NCBI RefSeq assembly: GCF_009914755.1
Contig: NC_060946.1
Source: the human T2T-CHM13v2.0 reference genome, Homo sapiens
Reading direction: 5' to 3' (one strand)
Length of the DNA stretch: 64,000 nt
Each line of letters starts with the position of its first letter. Position 1 is the first letter of the stretch. Shown one piece after another: positions 24,921 through 64,000 of the stretch. A model generated the notes under the pieces. It was not told where the DNA came from. It did not search any database and was given only the letters and a program-made list of their open reading frames with translations. The translations under genes were made by a program, and so were the position numbers.

Positions 24921-27900
24921 ACAGTCCACCTGCAGACTCCACAAAAAGATTGTTTCCAAACTTCTCATTCAAAAGAATGCTCAACTCTGTGAGATGAACA
25001 CACACATCACAAAGAAGTTTCTCAGAATTCTTCTGTCTAGTTTTTAGGTGAAGATGTTTCCTTTTCCACTATAGGCCTCAAAGCGCTCCAAATGTCCACT
25101 TGCAGATTATACAAAAAGAGGGTTAAAAAACTGATTAAACAAATGAGAGGTTTAACTCTGTGAGATGAATTCACACATCACAAAGAAGTTTCTCAGATTG
25201 CTTCTGTCTACATTCTATGTGAAGATATTTCCTTTTCTAAGATAGGCAGCAAAGCGTTCCAAATGCCCACAAGCAGATTCTACAAAAAGAGTGTTTCCAA
25301 ACTGCTGAATCAAAAGAAAGTATCAACTCGGTGAGATGAACGCACGCATCAAAGCGAAGTTTCTCAGGATTCTTCTGTCTAGTTTTTATGTGAATATAGT
25401 TCCTTTTCCACCATAGGCTTCAAAGCACTCCAAATGTGCACTTGCAGATTCTACAAAAAAAAGTTTCCAAACTGCTCAATCAAAAGAAAGGTTTAACTCT
25501 GTGAGACGAATGCACACATTACAAAGTAGTTTCTCAGATTGCTTCGGTCTAGATTTTTTGTGAAGATATTTTCTCTTATAACATAGGCCGCAAAGCACAC
25601 AAAATGTCCATTTGCAGATTCTACAAAAAGAGTATTTCCAAACTGCTCAATCTAAAGGAAGTTTCAACTCTGTGAGATGAATGCACACATCACAAAGAAG
25701 TTTCTCAGAATTCTTCTGTCTAGTTTTTATGTGAAGATATTTCCTTTCCCATTATAGGCCTCAAAGCACTCAAAATATCCAATTTCAGATTCTACAAAAA
25801 GAGAGTTTCAAAATTCCTCAATCAAAAGAAACATTTAACTCTGTGAGACGAATGCACACATCACAAATAAGTTTTTCAGAATTCTTCTGTCTAGTCTTTA
25901 TGTGAAGATATTTCCTTTTCCACAATGGTCCTCAAAGCCCTCCAAATGTCCACTTGCAGATTCTATGAAAGGAGAGTTTCGAAACTCCTCAATCAAAAGA
26001 AGGTTTAACTCTTTGAGGTGAATGAACACTTCACTAAGAAGTTTCTCAGATTGCTTCTGTCTAGATTTTATGTGAAGATATTTCCTTTTCTAACGTAGGC
26101 CGGAAGGTGCTCCAAATGTCCACTTGCAGAATCTACAAAAAGAGTGTTTACAAACTGCTAAATCAAAGGAAAGATTCAACTGTGTGAGATGAATGCCAGC
26201 ATCACAAAGAAGTTTCTCAGAAATCTTCTGTCTAGTTTTTATGTGAAGATATTTCCTTTTCCACCATAGGCCTAAAAACGATCGCACACATCACAAAGAA
26301 GTTTCTCAGGATTCTTCTACCTAGTTTTTATTTGAAGATATTTCCTTTTCCACCATAGGTGTCCAAGCTCTCCAAATGTCCATTTGCAGATTCTACAAAA
26401 AGAGAGTTTCAAAACTCCCAATTAAAAGAAATGTTTAAATTTTTGAGGTGAATGCACACATCAGAAAGAAGTTTCTCAGAAATCTACTGTCTACTTTTTA
26501 TGTGAAGATATTTCCTTTTCCATCATAGGCCTCAAGGCACTCCAAACGTCCACTTGCTGATTCTTCAAAAAGAGAGTTTCAAAATTGCTCAATAAAAAGA
26601 CAATTTTAACTCTGTGAGATGAATGCACACATCACAAAGTAGTTTCTCAGATTGCTTCTGTCTTGATTTAATGTGAAGATATTTCTTTTTATTCAATAAA
26701 CTGCAAAGCTCTCCAAAAGTCCATTAGCAGCTTTGACAAAAAGACTGTTTTCATACTGCTCAAGAAAATAAAGGTTCAACTTTGTGGGATGAACACACAC
26801 ATCACAAAGAAGTTTCTCAGAATTCTTCTGCCTATTTTTTATGTGAAGATATTTCCTTTTCCACCATAGGCCTCCAAGTACTCCAAATGGCCACTTGCAG
26901 ATTCTACAAAAAGAGAGTTTCAAAACTGCTCAATCAAAAGAAATGTTTAACTCTGTGGGATGAATGCACACATCTCAAAAAAGTTTCTCAGATTGCTTCT
27001 GTCTAGATTTTATGCGAAGATTTTTCCTTTTATAACATAGGCTGCAAAGCTCTCCAAATGTCCAATTGCAGATTCTACAAAAAGAGTGTTTCCAAACTGC
27101 TCAATCAAAGGAAAGGTTGAACTTTGTGAGATGAATGGACACTTCACAAACAAGTTTCTCAGAATTCTTCTGCCTATTTTTTATTTGATATTTCCTTTTC
27201 CACCATGGGCCTCAAAGCCCTCCAAATGTCCACTTACAGATTCTACAAAAACTGTCTCCATACTGCTCAATAAAAAGAAAGTTTCAACTCCGTGAGAGGA
27301 ATGCACACAACACAAAGCAGTTTCTCAAAATTCTTCTGTCTTGTTTTTATGTGAAGATATTTCCTTTTCAACCATACACCAGAAAGTACTCCAAATGTCT
27401 GCTTGCGGCTTCTACAAAAAGAGAGTTTCCAAAATGCACAATCAAAAAAAAAGGTTTAATTATGTAAGTTGAATGCACATATCTCAAAGAAGTTTATCAG
27501 ATGGCTTCTGTCTAGATTTTTTGTGAAGATTTTCTTTTTTACTACCGTAGGCTGCAAAGTGCTCCAAATGTCCAATAGCAGATTCTACAAAAAGAGTGTT
27601 TCCAAACTGCTCCGTCAAAGGAAAGGTTCTACTCTGTGAGATGAATGCACACATCACCAAGAAGTTTCTCAGAATTCTTCTGCCTAGTTTTTATGTTAAG
27701 ATATTTCCTTTTCCACCATGGTCCTCAAAGTGCTCCAAATGTAAACTTGCAGACTCTACAAAAAGAGAGCTTTGAATCTCCTCAATCAAAGGAAAGTTTT
27801 AACTCTTTGAGGTTAATGCACACATCACAAAGGAGTTTCTCAGATTGCTTCTGTCTAGATTTTATGTGAGGATCTTACCTTTTCTGACATAGGCCGCAAA

Positions 27901-30535
27901 GCGCTCTAAATGTCCACTTGCAGAATCTACTAAAAGATTGTTTCAAAAATGCTAAATCAAAAGAAAGTTTCAACTCAGTGAGATGTACCTACACATAACA
28001 GGGAAGTTTCTCAGAATTCTTCTGTCTAGTTTTTATGTGAAGATATTTCGTTTTCCACCATAGTCCTCAAAGCGCTTCAAATGTCCACTTGCATATTCTA
28101 CAGAAAGAGAGCCTGAAAACTCCTCAATGGAAAGAAATATTTAACACAGTGAGGTGAATGCACACATCACAAATTAGTTTCTCAGATTGCTTCTGTCTAG
28201 ATTTTATGTGAAGGTATTTCCTTTTCTAACCCAGGCCAAAAGGTGAACCAAATGTCCACTTGCAGATTCTACAGAAAGAGTGTTTCCAAACTTCTCTATC
28301 AAAAGAAAGGTTCAACTCTGTGAGATGAACGCACACATCACAAAGAAGTTTCTCAGAATTCTTCTCTCTAGTATTTATGTGAAGATATTTCCTTTTCTAC
28401 AATAGACCTCAAAGTGCTCCAAATGTCCACTTGCAGATCCTACAGAAAGAGAATTTCAAAACAGCTCAATCAAAAGAAAGGTTTAACTCTGTGAGATGAA
28501 TACACACATCACAAAGAAGTTTCCCAGATTGCTTTTGTCTAGATTTTATGTGAAGATATTTCCTTTTCTGCCATAGGCCAAAAAGCACTCCAAATATGCA
28601 CTTGAAGATTCTACAAAAACGTTGTTTCCATTCTGCTCAAACAAAAGAAAGATTCAACTCCATGAGATAAATGCACACATCACAAAGAGGTTTCTCAGAA
28701 TTCTTCTCTCTAGTTTTTATATGAAGATATTTCCTTTTCCACCATAGGCCTCCAAGTACTCCAAATGTCCACTTGTAGATTCTACAAAAAGAGAGTTTCA
28801 AAACTGCTCAATCAAAAGAAAGGTTTAACTCTGTGGGATGAATGCACACATCTCAAAGAAGTTTCTCACATTGCTACTGTCTAGGTTTTACGTGAAGATT
28901 TTTCCTTTTCTACCATAGGCCACAAAGCACTCCAAATGTCCAGTTGCAGATTCTACAAAAAGAGTGTTTCCAAACTGCTCAATTGAAGGAAAGGTTCAAC
29001 TTTGTCAGATGAACGCACACATCACAAAGGAGTTTCTCAGAATTCTTCTGCCTATTTTTTATTTTAAGATACTTCCTTTTCCACCATGGCCTCAAAGCAC
29101 TCCAAATGTCCACTTGCGGATTCTACAAAAATAGTGTCTGCATACTGCTCAATCAAAAGAAAGTTTCAACTCCATGAGAGGAATGCACACAACACAAAGC
29201 GGTTTCTCAGAATTCTTCTGTCTTGTTTTTATGTTAAGGTATTTCCTTTTCCACCATACACCTCAAAGTACTCCAAATGTCTGCTTGTGGCTTCTTCAAA
29301 AAGAGAGTTTCCAAACTGCTCAATCAAAAAAAAGGTTTAACTCTGTGAGTTGAATGCACACATCTCAAAGAAGTTTCTCAGATTGTTTCTGCCTAGATTT
29401 TATGTGAAGATATTTTTTTTTACTACCATAGGCTGCAAAGCACTCCACATATCCAATTGCAGATTCTACAAAAAGAGTGTTTCCGAACTGCTCAGTCAAA
29501 AGAAAGTTCTACTCTGTGAGATGAATGCAAACATCACCAAGAAGTTTCTCAGAATTCTTCTGCCTAGTTTTTATGTTAAGATATTTCCTTTTCCACCATG
29601 GTCCTCAAAGTGCTCCAAATGTAAACTTGCAGACTCTACAAAAAGAGAGCTTTGAATCTCCTCAATCAAAAGAAAGTTTTAACTCTCTGAGGTTAACGCA
29701 CACATCACAAAGGAGTTTCTCAGATTGCTTCTGTCTAGATGTTATGTGAAGATCTTACCTTTTCTGACATAGGCCGCAAAGCGCTCTAAATGTCCACTTG
29801 CAGATTCTGCTAAAAGAATGTTTCAAAAATGCTGAATCAAAAGAAAGGTTCAACTCGGTGAGATGTACCTACAATTAACAGGGAAGTTTCTCAGAATTCT
29901 TCTATATAGTATTTATGTGAAGATATTTCCTTTTCCACCATAGTCCTCAAAGCACTTCAAATGTCCACTTGCATATTCTACAGAAAGAGAGCCTGAAAAC
30001 TCCTCAATGAAAAGAAATATTTAACACTGTGACATAAGTGCACACATCACAAAGTAGTTTCTCAGATTGCTTCTGTCTAGATTATATGTGAAGGTATTCC
30101 CTTTTCTAACATAGGCCACAAGGTGCTCCAAATGTCCACTTGGAGATTCTACTAAAAGAGTGTTTCCAAACTGCTCTATCAAAAGTAAGGTTCAACTCTG
30201 TGACATGAACGCACACATCACAAAGAAGTTTCTCAGAATTCTTCTTTCTAGTATTTATGTGATGATATTTCCTTTTCCACCATAGACCTCAAAGCGCTCC
30301 AAATATCCACTTGCAGATCCTACAGAAAGAGAATTTCAAAACTGCTCAATCAAAAGAAAGGTTTAACTCTGTGTGGTGAATGCACACATCTCAAAGAAGT
30401 TTCTCAGAATGCTTCTGTATAGATTTTATGTGAAGATATTTCCTTTTCTATATAGGCCGCAAAGCGCTCCAAACGTCCACTTGCAGAATCTAGAAAAAGA
30501 GTGTTTCCAAACTGCTGAATCAAAAGAAAGTTTCA
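24921..30535 (-). repeat. Alpha satellite, reversed orientation, dimeric layer
   Basis: Alternating GGTTTAACTC..CAGATTGCTTCTGTCTAGATTTT and GGTTCAACTC..CAGAATTCTTCTGTCTAGTTTTT monomers, the reverse complement of the upstream array. Confidence 0.96.
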
Positions 30536-60406
<29,871 letters not shown>

Positions 60407-60693
60407 AAAAGAAAGTTTCAACTCTTTTAAATGAATGCACATATCACAAAGAAGTTTATCAGAATGCTTCTATCTAGTTTTCATGTGAAGATTTTCTTTA
60501 AATATGCCTCAAATCGCTCCAAATGTCCACTTGCAAATTCTACAAAAAGAGTGTTTCCAAACTGCTCAATAAAAAGAAAGATTCAACTCTGTGAGAAGAA
60601 CGCACACATCACAAAGAAGTTTCTCAGAATGCTTCTGTCTAGGTTTTATGTAAAGATATTTACTTTTCCATCATAGGCCTCAAAGTGCTCCAA
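60407..60693 (-). repeat. Alpha satellite, reversed, terminal ~1.7 monomers
   Basis: Resumes in register after the L1HS TSD and ends at CAAAGTGCTCCAA. Confidence 0.93.
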
Positions 60694-63600
60694 TCCACTC
60701 CAATGCATTCCATTCTGTCCCATTCCATTCCACTCCACTCCACCCCACTGCACTCCACACCCCACTCCATTCCATTCCGTTCCATTCCATTCCATTCATT
60801 TCTTTTGACAGGATCTAACTCTGTAACCCAGGCTGCAGTGCAGTGGCACAATCTCAGCTCACATTTCGTTTCACCATTCCATTTCATTCCATTGCATTCC
60901 ATTCCCTTCCATTCTATTCCATTCCACTCCACTCCACTTCACTCCACTCCGTTCCATTCCATCAGATTCCAGTTCTCTCCATTCCACTGCACTCCAATCC
61001 ACTTCACTCGACTCCACTTCACTCCATTCTATTCCATCCCATTGCATTCAACTCCACTCCATTCCACTCCTTTCATTTGACAGTGTCTCACCCTGTCAAG
61101 AAGCCTGGAGTGAAGTGGCACAATCTCAGCTCACATTACATTTCAACATTCCATTCCAATCCATTCCACTCCATTCCATTCCATTGCATTCCATTCAATT
61201 CCGTTACACTCCATTCCATTCCATTTCACTACACTCCACTGCACTCCACTCCACTCCATTCCAATCAATCCCACTCCATTCCAGTACACTGCATTCCACT
61301 CCACTCCACTCCACTCCCTTCAATTCCATCCCACTCCATTCAACTCCACTCCACTCCACTACAGTACAGTAGACTACACTACACTCCCTTCCATTCCATT
61401 CCATACCACACCAATCCATTCCATTCCATTCCTTTCTTTCGACAGGATCTCACTCTGTCACCCAGGCTGGAGTGCAGTGGAGAAATCTCAGCTGACATTT
61501 CACTTCAGCATTCCATTGCATTCCATTCCATTCCATTCCATTCCATAACATTCCACTGCACTCCACTCCACTGCACTCAACTCCATTCCATTCCATCCAC
61601 TCCATTCCACTATAAACCCCTCCAGTCCACTCCACTCCATCCCAAACCATCCCATTACATTCCACTCCATTCCACTCTAATCCACTCCAGTCCAGTCCAG
61701 TCCACTCCACTCCATTCCACTCCAATTCAATCCCATCATATTCCACTCCATTCCTCTCCACTCCACTCCACTCCACTCTATTCCATTCCATTCCATTCCT
61801 TTCTTTTGACAGGATCTCACTGTGTCACCCAGACTGCAGTGCAGTAGCAGTATCTAAGCTCACATTTCATTTCACCATTCTATTCCATTCCATTCAATTC
61901 CATTCCATTCAATTCCATTCCACTCCAATCCTTTCCATTCCATTCCATTCCATTTCATTCCATTCAATTCCATTCCACTCCAATCCTTTCCATTCCATTC
62001 CATTCCATTTCATTCCATTCCATTCCATTCCATTCTGTTCCATTCCATTCCACTCCATTCCAGTCCACTCTACTCCACTCCACTCCATTCCATTGAATCC
62101 CATTCTATTCCACTCCATTCCACTCCACTCCACTCCACTCCAATCCACCCTACTCCACTCCATTGCATTCCATTCCATTCCATTCCATCCCATTCCACAG
62201 CATTCCACTAAACTCCACTCCAACTACATTCCTTTCATTCCACTCCACTCCACTCCATTGCATCCCATGTCATTCCACACCATTCCAGTCCACTCTACTC
62301 CACTCCATTCTATTAGATTATATCCCATTTCATTACACTCCATTCCACTCCACTGCACTCCACTCCACTCCACTACACTACGTTCCATTCCATTCCATTT
62401 CTTTCAATTCCATTCCAGACCATTCCATTCCTTACCTTTCTTTTGATATTATCTCACTCTGTCACCCAGGCTGCTGTGCAGTGGCACAATCTCAGCTCAC
62501 TTTTCATTTCACCATTCCATTCCATTACATTCCATTCCATTGTGTTCCATTCCATTCCATTCAATTCCATTCTTTCAATTCTATTGCATTCCATTCCACT
62601 CCACTCCACTCCACCCCGCTCCACTCCATCCCATTCCATTTCACTCCATTCCACTCCACTCCACTCCAATCCATTCAACTCCATCCCATTCCATTCCCCT
62701 CCGTTCCCCTCCACTCCACTCCACTTCACTCCATTCCACTCCACTCCATTCCATTCCATTCTATTACACACCATTCCTTTCCATTCCATTCCATTCCATT
62801 CCATTCCTTTTCTTTCCATTGAACTCCACTCCATTACACTCCATTCCATTCCACTTCATTTCACTCCTTTCCACTCCACTCCTCTCCACTCCACTCCATT
62901 CCATTCCACTCCAATCCATTCCATTCCACTCCATTCCATTCCATTCCATTCAACTCCATTCCATTCCATTGCACTCCATTCCATTCCATTGCATTCCACT
63001 TTATTCCACTCCATTCCATTCCGCTCGACTCCACTCCACTCCATTCCATTCCATTCCATTTCATTCTACTCGATTACACTCGACTGCATTCCACTCCACT
63101 CCATTCCACTCAATTCCTTGCCATTCCATTCCATTCCATTCCTGTCTATTCCACTCAACTCCACTCCATTCCACTCCATTCCATTCCATTCCACTCCATT
63201 CCATTCCATTCTACTCCATTCCATTCCATTCCTTTATTTCGACTGGGTTTCACTCTATCACCCAGACAGGATGCACTGGCACAATCTTAGCTCAAATTTC
63301 ATTTTACCATTCCTTTCCATTCCATTCCATTCCATTCCATTCCATTTCATTCCACTCCACTACACTCAACTTCACTCCACTCCACTCAACTCTGTTCCAT
63401 TCTGTTCCATTCCATTCTTTTCCATTGCATTGCATTCCGTTCCATTCCATTCCACTCTGTACCACTCCATTCCACTCCAGTCCATTCCACTCCACTCCAC
63501 TATACTCTATTCCACTCCACTCCACTCCATTCCATTCCATTCCACTGCTCTCCGATACATTCCACTCAACTACACTACACTCCAGTCCGTTCCATTCCAT

Positions 63601-64000
63601 TCCATTCTGTTACGTTCTGTTCCATTCCATTCCACTCCATTCCATTCCACTCCATTCCACTCCACTCCATTTTACTCCATTCCACTCCATTCCACTCCAC
63701 TCCACTAAACTCCATTCCATTTCACTCCATTCCACTCCATTCCACTCCACTCCATTCCACTCCATTCCATTCCACTGCACTCCACTCCATTACACTCCAT
63801 TCCGTTCCACTCCAATCCATTCCATTCCATTCTACTCCATTCCGCTGCATTCCTTTATTTCGACTGGATCTCACTCTTACACCCAGACTGGAGTGCAGTG
63901 GCACAATTTTAGATCACATTTCATTTCACCATTCCATTCCATTCCTTTACATTCCACTCCAGTCCACTACACTACACTCCTCTCCATTCCACTACACTCC
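60688..64000 (+). repeat. HSat3-like (CATTC/CACTC)n satellite with recurrent Alu-derived ~56-bp inserts
   Basis: Diverged pentamers CATTC/CACTC with no dominant CATTCGATTC (HSat2) motif. Seven GACAGGATCTCACTCTGTCACCCAGGCTGGAGTGCAGTGGCACAATCTCAGCTCAC-like units. Confidence 0.9.

Noticed and set aside
60660-63904. Long HSIP/HSTP- and MEWNG-repeat ORFs up to 421 aa
   Set aside because: (CATTC)n/(GAATG)n pentamers contain no stop codons, so these ORFs are expected artefacts.

Overview
Primate (almost certainly human) pericentromeric heterochromatin with no cellular genes. About 53 kb is diverged 171-bp alpha satellite in which I saw no CENP-B boxes. It contains several monomer layers and relic higher-order repeats, and it switches orientation at about 24,920. 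Five non-LTR retroelements interrupt it: a full-length SVA carrying an apparent 3' transduction (298-2193), a short L1PA2/3 3' fragment (12.3-13.0 kb), a twin-primed 5'-inverted L1PA3-like element (30.5-32.8 kb), a truncated AluY (43.2 kb) and a 5'-truncated human-specific L1HS Ta-0 (56.65-60.4 kb). The window ends in a (CATTC/CACTC)n HSat3-like satellite carrying a co-amplified ~56-bp Alu fragment. The most striking pattern is that four of the five insertions, from three element families and different ages, sit at the same position of the alpha monomer (5'-CTTTCTTTT/GA-3') and in the same polarity. Apart from L1 ORF2 remnants, the supplied ORFs are chance translations of repeats. I see no evidence of a new protein-coding system; the interest here is structural and evolutionary.
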